From Lama glama (lineage: Eukaryota), in the NCBI GenBank assembly GCA_028534125.1, contig CM052832.1, positions 10,046,001 through 10,110,000 of the forward strand: a stretch of DNA of 64,000 nucleotides, written 5' to 3'. Below, piece by piece: positions 13,091 to 25,149 of this stretch (position 1 is the stretch's first letter; each line of letters opens with the position of its first letter). The notes below the pieces were generated by a model. The model did no database searches and was not told the origin of the DNA. It saw nothing but the letters and a program-made list of their open reading frames with translations. The position numbers and the translations under genes are program-made.

Positions 13091-13155
13091 ATGTGTGTGT
13101 GTGTGTGCATACACGGGTGTGTGTGTGTGTGTATGCGCACATGGGGGTGTGTGTG
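13091..13155 (+). repeat. Interrupted (TG)n microsatellite
   Basis: Directly visible. Confidence 0.9.
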
Positions 13156-15679
13156 GGGACAAGTCAGCCAGGGTATTTTATTTAGTGTTATTTAGTATTT
13201 TACTTATTCAGGGGATGGGGTGCAGCCCACTTCTACCCCTATTTGTGGTCTCCCAGTAATATGAGGAAAGGGGGTGTTGAGAAGGGGGACCAGAGAGGAA
13301 GAGGAGGGGAGAGGGCAGGACAAGCGCAGACCAGGAGGTACCTACCAAGGGGGCGAGAAAGGGAACAGCAGAAAAATACGGCCCTCGGAAGAGAAGAAGG
13401 AAAAAGGCGAGGGGCCTCACCCCTCACCCATCACCTGGGCCCCAGAAACCGTGTTCCTCCGTGTGTGGGTGACAGCTGGGGGGCTCCCCCGTTCCCCCAA
13501 CTACTGACCCCACATGGCTCCCCCATCCCTCCCCTCCTCCCTCCCCGCCACCCCCACCTCTGAGGCCAGGCCACAGGAATCCCTCCCTCCTTCATCTGCT
13601 CCCCATTGACACGATGGCACTGTCAACTGCCCGCTCTTTAGTCACCAGGATCTTCCCCTGGACTAGCCAGCCAGGGCCAGGGGTCCGCACCTGCCACTAG
13701 GCCCTGTCTGCACAGAACTGTTCTGTAACAACCTCGTCGGAAGGCAGTGGAGGGGGCCCCTCGGAGGCCGTCCAAGTGTGTGTGAGGGGCTGGGGGCCGG
13801 TGGCCCACCGCGAGCAGCCCACTTGAGGCGGCTAACGCCCCTTCATAATATTATCCCTGTTGAGTCCATAAAAGCCCCCTCTAGCGTTACAGCATTTGAA
13901 AGACTATTAAGTTTTAAGGCCTCGGACCTCCAGGGAGGAGGCACGTTGACACGGGTGTTTTGTGGGCTCTGGGTTTCTGTGGCAGTCAGGAGACTGACTG
14001 GGGCTGAGGAGGTGGGCACAGGCCTTAGACAGTGGTGGGCAGGGGAAGAGGAGAGGGTTGGAGGCCAGCACAGGGTCCGATCTCTCTGCCTCTCTCTGTG
14101 CCTGGTCAGTGGCTCTCAAATGGCTGGGGTGGGTAAGCTGGGAGAAGATAGGGCCTACTTCCCATGAGATGAGGAGAGTTGAGGAGCCTCAACCAAAGAC
14201 ACTTTGTCTCCCATCATCCATCATCTGTGGGGCCAGCTTGTGGCCCCTCAGTCGCTCACTCTGGCCTCCTTTCCTGACATCTCCTGTGGGAGGTTGGGGC
14301 TGCCGTGCCTCCCCCAGGCTTTGCTGTCTCCCTGCTCTGGAGGCTGGGCATTGGCACCCTCCCCAGTGTTCCTAGGCCTCTGCACCCTCAGGCCAGCCCC
14401 GGAGGCAGTCCGGCCAGGCGGAGAGGCCCTGCCCGGGAGCAGAAAATCTGTTTGACTTCAGGTCCTGCCACTTATGAGCCCGGTGTCCTTGGTGCTGTTC
14501 TTTGGGCCTCACCTTTCATACCCGTTACCATAGCAGGTTGACTAGATCATTCCTGAATGTGCACAAATTTGAGTCTAATTTCATTGCTTTGTGAGAGAAG
14601 GAGTTAACAGTAGATTCAAGGGAACGCTTACTACGCACTAGGCATTTCACGTATGTCCTCTCATGACGGGCACCCTCTGCTGTGGCAATTATTCGTTCCC
14701 CCTTTGCCAGTGAGAACACCAAGGTACAGGGAGATGACCGGATCTAGGGCCCGTGGCCCTGCACTAGTCAAGCCATCGCATGGCCCCAACCACCTGTTAA
14801 TCCATTAGGGGCTACTGTTGTGCAGGAGGATTCAGGATAGAGATGGTGGAAATAGGGCAGCCCTGGTTCTCTAATTGTTCTCAATACCTATGGACACATT
14901 CTCTTGGCAGAACTGAGCCTCACTTTTCTCCTCTGCACATTGGGAGTGAGGGCTAATGAGATGAACGGCGCCCACTTCATCGGCTGCTGGGGAGGAGTGA
15001 TGGAGAACAGGTACGGGAGCCCCGTGGAGGGCTCCGTGCTGGTTAGTTACCCAGGTCATTGTCACTGCCATCCTCACGGGTTGAAGAGCCCCCCCACCAG
15101 CCAGCTCTGGAGGAAAACCACCCAGACAGAGTCCATGTAGGGAAGTCAGCTCCGTGCAGTCTGGAGGCGAAAGGAGGCCAGCTAACCCTGTCACCAACTC
15201 CCCACCTGCCTCTCTTTTCCTAAAGCCTGCAATTTGGAGATAATAGTCATAATAACACCACACATCGGTAGAGCACTCTCCTTAGCATTTCAATTCAATT
15301 CTGCAAATATTTACTGTGCGCTGACAGTGTGAGGAGCCTTCACATCGATTACCTTCTTCTAATTGGCAGACCCCTCCCCTCAGCCCTGGTGCACACGTGC
15401 ATCCACACACAAACCCATGTCTGCATGCATGCACACGCACACACGCCACACACTTGCATGCTGACGTGAGCACAGGCACATATGTGCACACGCACATACA
15501 CTCAGGGCGGCTGCTTGCGCTCTCCCACCTCTCTCAGCCTTCATACATGTTTTCCTCTTAATTTAGTGTGGTCACCTTAAACTCTAAGACTCAGCAGGCT
15601 GCCCCCCTCCTAAGTCACCCTGTAGAGGATGGTTCGGCAGAGGATGGGTCACAGGGAGGCACTGAGCTGGGCGATTAGC

Positions 15680-15880
15680 ACATGGGCTTGGGACTCAGCC
15701 GGCCCCAGTTCAGATCCCTGCTCTGCTACTTAGCAGTTCTGTGTCTCTGGACAAGTTGCTTAATCTTTTGTGCCTCAGCTTCCTCATCTGTAAGATGGGA
15801 ATGATGACGGTAGCCACCTCGTAGGGTCATCGGGGTGTTAGCAGGACAGCACACATAGCCAGTCTGCCACAGGTGGTGGC
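15680..15880. mobile_element. MIR SINE
   Basis: ggacaagttgcttaatcttttgtgcctcagcttcctcatctgtaagatggg. Confidence 0.85.
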
Positions 15881-15904
15881 AATGATGATACAATGACAGA
15901 TGTG

Positions 15905-16200
15905 TAGGCTGGGGTTCTTACCAGACTATTACTCACAGTACTGGGATGAACATTCTAGTACAAGTCTTTGTGGACATAGATTCTCATTTTCCTTTGGATA
16001 TAGCCCTAGGAGTACAATTGCGATATGTGTGTCTCCAACTTTAGTAGAAACTACCAAACAATTTTCTGAAGTGGTTTTACGATCTTACACACCATCTGCA
16101 AGGTTGGAGAGTTTCAATTGTTCCCCATCCTTGCCAATATTTGGTAGGATAAGTCTTTTTCACTATAGCCATTTAGGGTGAGGAGGTGTCTCATTGTTGG
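15905..16200 (-). mobile_element. Old L1 (L1M-type) fragment from the ORF2 3' region
   Basis: gatgaacattctagtacaagtctttgtggacata...cctaggagt...tccccatccttgccaatatttgg...tagccatt is a characteristic antisense L1 sequence. Confidence 0.8.
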
Positions 16201-16204
16201 AAGG

Positions 16205-16665
16205 TCCCTTTTCAAGTCCAGTTTTCCTCTCTCCTGCTCTGCTATTTCTGTCTCTGGGGGCCACTCCCCGAGACTGCTTTTACCAGCTCCTGTATCAGCT
16301 GCCTGCTGGCCAGGTTCAGCCAATAGGAGGCATTGGCAGAAGACTGGAGGATGGGAGGAAAAGCTAGAGTATTTTTATCCCCTCTTGTGTCTCCAGCCGC
16401 ATCTCCGTGGCGCCAGCTCTGGCCTTCAGACCCACCATGGTTGCAGCTCCTGCTGCAATGACCCCCATCCCTGGGTTCCCAAAACACCACATTCTTTGTC
16501 TCTCTAGCCTGGTGGCATCCATCAGTTTCCTTCACCGCTGACTGGCTTCTCAGCTCTTCCTTCACCTGTGGAACCATTTCTTTTCTTTTCTTTCTATTGA
16601 AATATCGTTGAGTTACAATCTTACATTCCAGGTATACAGCATAGTATGTGTAACCACTTCTTGCC
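16205..16665. mobile_element. ERVL LTR (LTR33/LTR16-like)
   Basis: ggttcagccaataggaggcattggcagaagactggagg; a related motif recurs at ~48450 and, inverted, at ~49640. Confidence 0.6.
16583..16646 (-). mobile_element. Extremely 5'-truncated L1 3' end with target-site duplication
   Basis: T-rich tail plus attgaaatatcgttgagttacaat...caggtatacagcatagt. Flanked by tgtggaaccatttctt (16567-16582) and tgtgtaaccacttctt (16647-16662), 14/16 identical. Confidence 0.75.
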
Positions 16666-16669
16666 TCTG

Positions 16670-17030
16670 GGAATTTGAATTTGCTGTTCCTTCCACTTAG
16701 AATGCTCTTCCCCCCAGATATCTGTGTGGCTCTGCAAGAGTTTGTTCAAATATCACTTTCTCAATAATGCTTCCCTCCCATCACCATCCACCTTAAAATT
16801 AACCTCCCAGCACTTACTATCCCTCTGTCTTGCTCGATTTTTCTCTATAACATTATCACCTTCCTTCGTACTTTTCTTTATCCATTTTACTTATCTCTAT
16901 TCTAATTGTTTTTCTCCCTATATCAGAATGTGAGGTCCATGAGGGCATGATTTTCTGTCCATTTGGTCTTCTGCTGTATCCCCAGTGACCAGTATAGAGT
17001 AGGCAACCAAACACCTATTGAGTGAATAAA
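16670..17030. mobile_element. L2 3' end
   Basis: tttgctgttccttccacttagaatgctcttccccc...agaatgtgaggtccatgagggca...ttgagtgaataaa. Confidence 0.85.
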
Positions 17031-17309
17031 TGTGGGCAGAGAAAGCAGGAAGTCCCTAAATTCTGAACTGGCACACTGGAATCAGAATCCACAGGGCATC
17101 TTTAAATGCTGTCACAGGAGTTCAGAGGGTGATAGAATCCCAGCTGAAAGGTGGGGGAGGTGCTACATCTCTCTGCCCCCATTTTCCTCCTATGCCAGGC
17201 CATGCCCCTGGAAGAGACAGGCCAAGCAAGTTGAGAGCTCTGCCTTGGCCCCTACATGGAGGCCTGGGGGGCTGCTTCTGAATTCAGCTGTCAAAGGACA
17301 CATTTGGAC

Positions 17310-17500
17310 TTGGGCTTGGGACCCAAGGATCCCAGTTTAATCTCAGCTCTATCTCTTCCCAGCTGTGTCATCTGGCCGAGCTACATCACTTCTTGGAGTC
17401 TCCTGTCTTTGTTATCTGAAAAATGGGACAACAACATCTCCTTCAGAGGACTGTTGGGAAGATGGAAGTGGTTAAGTGTTGCTCAGGAACTTGCAATGGC
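17310..17500. mobile_element. MIR SINE
   Basis: tctcagctctatctcttcccagctgtg...tctgaaaaatggg. Confidence 0.65.
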
Positions 17501-17519
17501 TGTTGCCTAGCAGCTGAGG

Positions 17520-17860
17520 CAGACTGGATCATGGTCCCAGTTCTTCACTCTGGGTGATGGGATTCCCCAGCCACACCCTTTGTGGCTCTACTTTCCCACC
17601 AGTGAGAGTGGGCTTGGTCATGTGACTTGCTTTGGCCAATGGCAAGTCGGTGGATATGGCCAGGGCATCAGATTAAAAATGTGCTGTGAGGCTTGGTCTC
17701 TGGAGTGTCTGTGATTGCCATGCTGGTCCAAGGAGAATATGGAGTCGTCTTGAGCCCCACCCACAGACCATGAGTGAGAGAAAAAGACTTGTTGCTGTAA
17801 ACTGTGAGTGTTCATGTCATCTGCTGGACAGCATTACTGTGGTGATGCTGTACTAATACA
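17520..17860. mobile_element. MLT1 LTR
   Basis: gggcttggtcatgtgacttgctttggccaatgg...ctaataca end. Confidence 0.75.
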
Positions 17861-20800
17861 GCCTCAAGGTCATCTGCAAGTCGGTCTCCATTCACCTTCC
17901 TTTCCAGCCCCATTTCCAATAACTCAGGTCCAGCCAAACCAGTCCGTCCAACATCCCGTGAAACTTAGCATTCCCTCTCACTCCCACTTGCCTCGCTTTA
18001 TGTTTTATTTTCCACCTCTATTCTTCCTCTTTCCTGAGGAAAAGTTTTTCCCCCTTCATTATTACTGGTCCTTCCCAGCCATACCTATCCTTCAAAAGAC
18101 AACTGAAGGACTGCCTCCCTTCAGAAGCATTCCTTTACTTCCCACCCCCAGCCCACCTCAGCACAACCACCCTCTGCTGAGCTCCTGCAACCTTGCCAGT
18201 CCATGCCCTTCATGGGATGCTGAGCACACCCTGACCCTCATCACCATTGGCTTAATCCTTCCAAATCAATAGGGACATCATCATCAGTCTGCGCCTTAGG
18301 AGTTTTCTGTTAAGCATGGAATTGTGCTTGGGAAATACCTGTTGAATGAATGAAGCAATGAAAGAAGAAATGAATCAGCATTAGCCCTTGTGCAGAACAC
18401 CCCACTTCCTTGAAATTGTGATTTGTGAGTCTACCTTCAAGTCCAATCAGGAGTTAAAAATTGGGATGGAGATAAAGGCAATGAGCATCAACCACCCAGC
18501 AAGACAGAGAGGCTATACCTGCCCCAAGTGGTCAAGGGGAAGAGAAGGGTGGGAAACTAACTCCACTCTAATCCCTCCCCTGTTTCTACCCCGTTCCTTC
18601 TCCTGTCTCTGTCGCTACGTCGCTAAATGGCTATACTACTTCCTATTCCTAGACTAAGCCGTCAACCACACAGCTGGGATCTAGATTGTCTTATTTTGGT
18701 TTTGATCTTAGTATGGGTGCCTAGTGCTTTGCATCTGCGGCTCAATCAATGTTTAATGTTTGAAGGAATGAACGACAGGCTCTTTTAACATTTGATTGGA
18801 AAATGATTTTATATTTGGCAGTTGGGGGTCCAGTCTCCCTGAGTTTAGAAATATTTAAAAACTCCAACACCAGCTATTTTGGGTTTGGGGTACTGATGGC
18901 AGACAACCCATCCTTTGAAAAGTTAAGGGGCCAATGGGCAGATCTCTGCTGTTTGAAGGGGTCTTCCAAGACCAGGGGCCATCCATCAGAAAGTCCCTCT
19001 CCAGAAATATCCCCCTTCCTCATAATCCACCTCATGACAAAATCTTGGGCTTAAAAAGCCCCTCACTTTTAAAACTCCTCTGAGATCGATCAGCTCGCTT
19101 AAGGTCAAGGTCCCAGAGTGGGGCAGGTGGCAGAGTAGGAGCCCCAGTGCAGGTCTAGAGAAGGGTAGTCAAAGGGCATAGGTTTCAGGACAAACATTCC
19201 TTATTCTGCACTTTTATCTCAGACTCTGGGTTAGAAAGAGGCCCAGATAAGGAAGGGTGGACTATCTTGAGCCTCCCCGCAGATTCCAGGCCTGGGTCCA
19301 CACGCCCTCATGGTGGAGGGAAGGAGTAGGTGAGGATGTAATCTTAGGAGGGAGAGACCAGCTTGAGGGCGTGGCTGTGAATGCCCTGTAGTGGGGGGAT
19401 GGGGAGAAGGGAGTCCTAAACCGGAGTCCAGGAGAGGAGAGGTGGGGCGATGGGGCCCAAGAAAGAGTATTGGCATCACTGTGCTTCCAGCCCAGTCTGC
19501 AGGCCACCCAGGACACAGACCAGGGGTCCAGGATTAAGCCTCCTGTGCAGGATGCAACCAGGCAGGAATAAAGGAGGAGGAAGTGAGTGTTGAATTAAGG
19601 CATCATAACTCCCAGGGACTGACCTGAGTGCTCTGTGGGGCCCACCTGAGCCCCACATCTTCAGGATTTATGCAGTTGCTATGCCTCCTTTGAGCCCTGC
19701 CACTTAACTCAAGTCATGGGATTATTTATTCCTGCTCATGTCAGCTGAGAGGGCTGAAGCCAACTCCAGCTCACCCAGAGCCCACAGGGAACAAGTGGGG
19801 AGGGGGGACAGGGCAAGAGTGCAATGCAGACAGAAAGACACACAGGCCAGAATGGCCCAGAATCCTACCCCCACTTCAGCCACACTGCAAGCCCACAAGC
19901 CCCAAGCTAGACCCCTGCGCCCGGTCTTTCGGCTCTCAGGGAATTGTGGAGGTTATTTTAAGGTTGTTTCCATGTTCTTATCTCCCTGCCCCCATCCAAC
20001 AAACAGACAGAAAAACAAACAGGCCAGGGCCAGGGCTGTTCTCACGGAGAGGCAGATCTCCCTTCTCCTTCCCCCACCCCTAGACTCTTCCCCACCAAAT
20101 TCCTCCACGAAGGGCCCCTATGCTTACATCTCACCAAAGGGGAGAACCTTGTTGTCCATTCTGAAAAGCTGTTTCCCCCCATTGCTTTTCCTCCTCTATT
20201 TTCCAGGAATGCACTGGCAGGGTCTTGGGTAGGATGGGATGGGGCACTTGCTGGCCAGGTGAACCTCAGCGCATCCTGGCTTTTTGGGTCAGATATCCCA
20301 AGTGGACTGTTTAATTTTGCTGCAGGGTAACTTGGGGCCCCTGTATGAGATCCTCCCAGAAACACTAAGTTCCAGTCTCTGCAGGGAAGGAAACATGACA
20401 AAAGTAGAAAGAGCTAAAGCAGGATATTCAGGGTCCAGAAGAGGAGGGGTCTTCTGTGTGGTCCAGGCCCAGCTGAGGGGCGGGGGCTTGCAGAAACAGA
20501 ACTGTAAGACTGATTTAGTCAACAAATGTCTATGACTCAGTGGTTACCACAGGCCGGGCACTATTCTAGGCTCTGCAGAATACAGGGGAACCTGACAGCC
20601 TGGTCTGGGCCTCATGGAGCTTAAATTCTAGTTAGGGGTGACAGAGAAGGCTGGGAGGTGTGGTTGGAGCAGGGTGAGGAGGGCCGAGGGAGATGAGACT
20701 GAGATGGAGAGGTAGGGCCCGGGGCTCTTACCAGTTCAGATTGTATTCTAACCAAAATGGGAAGGGCAGGGGAAAGGACCCTGGAGTTCACAATCTTGTA

Positions 20801-21949
20801 GAGGGAGGAAGGGAACACCTGCCCTATAGGTACCACAAGAGGTCTCCTATGAGCTGGGGTTCCACGAGGGATGCAGTGTCCCAGTGGAAGGTGGAGGTAG
20901 GGGCTCTTCCTGTCAGTCTCAATCAAGGGGCTCAAAGGCAGCCCGTAGGCTGGTCAGGCTTCCCCTCTCCCCTCTTCTCTTCTCTGTTCACTGACTCCCC
21001 TTCCCCGCTCCTGGCCTCCTCACTCCCCACCTTCTTTCCACACTCCCCATCTGGCCTCCTGGGTGCCAGGCAGCGTATGATTCCCCATCTGACTCTGGTC
21101 GGGGCCTCAGGAGTTCTGGATCTGGGCTTTGGGCCCTGAGGTCAGCCATACAACAAAGGCAGCCCAGGGCACAATCAGGACATGACCCCAAGCCTTCTGG
21201 GTCAGCCGGAGCCCTGGTCTGTGGAGAGGAGCCCTATCCCCCATCTGGCACCCCTGCACCTCTGCCTAGTCCCACCCCCAGCTCAGGCCACAGCTCCTCT
21301 TTTATCCCCAGTGCAGGCTGGACATTCTCAGGATAGAGATTTGAGCTGAAAGAGAGACCAGAGACCCATCAGACTATCAGTCAATCCATCAATCAATTAA
21401 CCAGACTGGTCAGGGACAAAGCTCCAATTGAGAGGTTCACTAATTGGGAGAGTTTGAGGATGTCTAATCAAAATGGAAATTCTTTCTTGCTCTGAGAGAT
21501 TAAAGTGTCCTACAGGTCACCATTTGGTGGCCTTTGTGTTTTCCAGAGAAAAAGGGGCAGGAGGCAGGGTCTCCTAGCTTGGATCACCTAGGTGGGGCTA
21601 GCCTCATCGTAACTCTGCCTTCTTCCTCATCCATAACTTTTCTTCCAACCCAAATGGTGGAGGGAAGGAGAGGTGCATTTCACCTGCTAGGCCTTAAAAG
21701 TTGGTGGCTTGGGTTCAGCCCAGTGTCTGGAGAACCCGGGAGCCTTGCAGACGGTAAGGGAAGTTCCACCATGCGCGCCTCTGCAACTCCATCCCTTCTA
21801 GAGCCGGAGGGGACAGTGAGGTCATCGCAGTTTCCTGGGGCCCAGGAAACCCCAACAGTGGCCACCGTCTGAAGGCAGAGCAGGCACCCAGGTGTCCTGG
21901 GGCTGCACCCGAGCCTTTCTTGGACCCACACCAGAATAGACTCCTCCAC

Positions 21950-22830
21950 TGTCCGGCAAAGTTGACAGCAACCCTATCAAAGCGCTCCGCAAAAGCCTGG
22001 AGAGGCTTCTATCCCGTCGCTCACGCTTGAGTCCACCCAACGGCCTGTTCACCCTGGCCTGGGTCGCATCACCAGTCCCTCTTCCTCCTCCCCCTCTCCC
22101 CTCCCTCTGTGCGGAAGCGTCTGTCCGCGGTTTTCCGACCGTCCTGTTCCTCCACGAGTGACTAATCCCACAGGTTGAGCAACTAGCCGAGTCTGGCGCC
22201 CCAGAGACGGCGAGTCCTTCCCCCTCCACGCGGTGCAGTGCCCCAGCCTTGAACTTCGCCGGCCCGGCGCCGACCACGGTCGCTCACACTGTCCAGCCCG
22301 GCTTTGCACCTCAAGTCCCCTCTCCCTACCCCTCTGACACCGCCCAAGGACGCGCGGCCGGGCCTTGCTGGTCCTCCAGGACGCGGGGCGCCACGTGGCG
22401 ATCGGGAACCCCCAAACTACCCGTGTTAGGAAGGGGGGCGTCTCCTTTCGCCGAGACTTGGGTAGGGAGACAGTGGGGAGAGAGGCGCCCTGCCAAGTCC
22501 AGGACCGTGAAACACCTGGCCCTCTCTGCCTTCCAACCTCAGCGTCTTTGCAAAATTCTCGGAGGTCGGGATTTGTTTGTGCAACTAGGTTTGCACCACG
22601 TTCCGAGGTGGGAGTGCGCGGAGGCACTGGCCCGAGAACCCGTGGGTGTGCACGCGCGTGCGCGCACACACACAGACGCACAGACACACACACATCCCCC
22701 AGGCCACTCTAACTCTTGGCGATCTCACTTTTCTCTCCCCCACGGGACTCCTAATTTTGCCCCTCTTCGCAGCGCTTTCCCCTGTACGATCCCGTTCCCC
22801 CACCTCTTCCGCTGTCAGCACCTACTGCTT
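21950..22830. promoter_or_regulatory. CpG island (orphan or lncRNA promoter candidate)
   Basis: Dense CpGs; E-box ccacgtgg at ~22391; NRF1-like gcgcgtgcgc at 22654-22663. Confidence 0.8.
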
Positions 22831-22869
22831 TGTCTGTCTGTCTCTCTGTCACCGTCTCTCTCCCTCACT

Positions 22870-23290
22870 CGGGGTGTTTATTTAATTGTTTTCTTGAGCT
22901 GCGCTTTAGGCTCTCCTGCCGTCAAACTCTGCCATCCCCACTCTGCCTGTGTAATTTAAAGCTATAGTTAAATTATGACTTCTCCGGACCTGTTGTGGCA
23001 CCTACGCCTGAGCCTAATTAAATGATCACATCCATTCTGAAGGCAGCTCTCTTCTCCCCTCCAACGTTAATTACAACATAAGAGGCTTTAATGGCCCGCC
23101 TCACCTCCAGCTCCTGGAAAGAAAGGTCAGGCGATTAATTTTCGTCATTAATCTTTTCCCAATGTGGACACTGTGCTGTCACCGGAGCCTATTAAACCCC
23201 CTTTGTCCCCCCTTCCAGCCTCCCTCGCCCCTCACCCCCTCCTCCCTGAGTGACTGCAGAGAAGGAAAATATTTAAGAATCACTTTGTCT
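22870..23290. promoter_or_regulatory. Putative homeobox-site-rich enhancer
   Basis: Many TAAT/ATTA cores in ~400 bp of unique sequence (tttaattg, taatttaa, ttaaatta, ctaattaa, ttaattac, tttaatgg, gattaatt, cattaatc). Confidence 0.6.
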
Positions 23291-25149
23291 CTCTGGCTTT
23301 TTTTTTTTTCCTTTCCTGGAGACAGCTTCTCCTTGGGGGTCTTGAGTGTGGGATACAATGGGGAGGGCACCGAGTTCATTACCTCGCAGCTTCAGACTGT
23401 ACCTCTGAAGCCCTTCATGTCTAAAATGAGTCCAGGAGTCAGGCTGGGGAGCAGGGAGGCTGGGTCTGCGACATTCCATCGCTCCTGGGGGTGGGTGGGA
23501 GGGAGGGCCAGGGTCTGCTATCCTTGTGTGGAGGGAGAGGTGAGGACAGGGCGGCCACTGGGCCATCCTCCACTTGGGTCCTCACAATAAAAAACAATAA
23601 GGAATATGTTGACACCTAGAGTTTTATAGATGATTTGGGATTTTATTCTGTGATCTAGATTTCTTTCCCATCAGCTCTCCCTGTTCCTTTCCTCCTTCCT
23701 CCCTCACCCTGCAGCTTCAGCCCTGTTAAATGGGAGACAATCTATATTTCTGCAGTTGCAGAGGGCTGAGCAGTGGCCACCCACTCTAGGGAAACCAATT
23801 CTGGACCCATCTCTCAGGAACTGGGTGTCCGCCAGCCTTACTAGTGGGCCTGGGCTCTGAGTTGAGGAGGAGTGAGTGGGGAGGGGCAGCAGAGTGGGCT
23901 AGCATATAGGAAAGGGCTGAAGGGGCACATAGGGGCAGAGGAACTGAGGTGGCCCTGAGGGTATGCTTCCCCAGCACCCCGAATTCCAACAGCAGGCCAA
24001 AAAGAGGGAGAAGAAGGAGGGTGAGTAAGTTCTCTGCAGACAGCTTTTATTCCAATCCCAGAATTCATTTGATTTAAAATTCTAATCCAGAAGAGAGTCC
24101 CTGGGAAGTGGAGGGGGTGAGGCTGGGCCAGGCAGGAACCCAAGAGGTGCAGATGTGAGAGTTTATAGCCTGGCTGTCTGTTACTGCTCTCTGGGGGACC
24201 CAGCTCTGTCCCATGAGGGAAGGTACAAGGGGCTGGGCCAGAGGGATGATTAGAAAGTGATAAGACAGGAGGAGTGAGGTTGGCATGGAGGGGCCTGTGC
24301 ACCTGAATTCATGAGCCCAGACAGGTAATACTCCCCCCCACCCCCATCATAGTCGGAGCCTGGCACACACATGCCATGCCTGGTTCCCTGCAATGCTCCC
24401 AGGCACTTTCACACCATCTGTCCAAGGAGACCAAGCTATACACACTCTCCATATCTGATGACATTCAAGAATCCTCTGGGGTGGCCCTGCTTGGAACTTA
24501 GACCCATCACCTCAACAAAGGCTGAATTAGCTATCCCTCAAACCCCAGAAACCCAGGGCTGCAGTGATTTCTAGAACTTATGCCCCCCAAGATAGAAAGA
24601 TGCTAAGGGTGTAGGGGAGCTGTGGAGGGGTGGACATGGAACCTGAGACTCCCCAGCAAGGAGGAAGGGGCAGCTTGGGCCCAGCATTCATTGACCCGAA
24701 TGATGGAGTTAGGAGAGGCCCTTTCGGGAATCCAGCCAAGCTTGTGCAAGGCCTTCCAGTTCTGGACTGGGGCAAGCAGGGGGTGGGGAATCCAGTTTGC
24801 AAACGGGACTTACTTGGAAGACCCCGCCAGTGACCAGAATTGTCTGGTGGCCAGCAAGACCATTTGAGTCCAAATCACTGGCTTTTAGAAAGAAGAAACT
24901 TCTAGGAAACTCAAGAGGAGTTGGCCAGGACCCAGGAGGCGTAGATTCCTCCTTCTATCTATGAAAGTGGCCCCTCTCCGCTCCACCTCCCCAAACCTGG
25001 CTCCTCCTGGCATCAGCCACAAGATGGGCATCTGCATCTTCCCGTGGACCCTGGAGCAAATCTCCCCACCCTGAGTCAGCCCCTCTCCTGACACTCCCCC
25101 CACCAGCTCCACCCCAAGGACATTGGGGACATCACGTCCACAGAGCCCT

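Noticed and set aside
21822..22959. ORFs over CpG island 2 and a protein-like + strand stretch (KALRKSLERLLSRR, ~21980-22020)
   Set aside because: No recognisable homology and no convincing splice sites or start; includes microsatellite-derived residues. tBLASTx or PhyloCSF would settle it.
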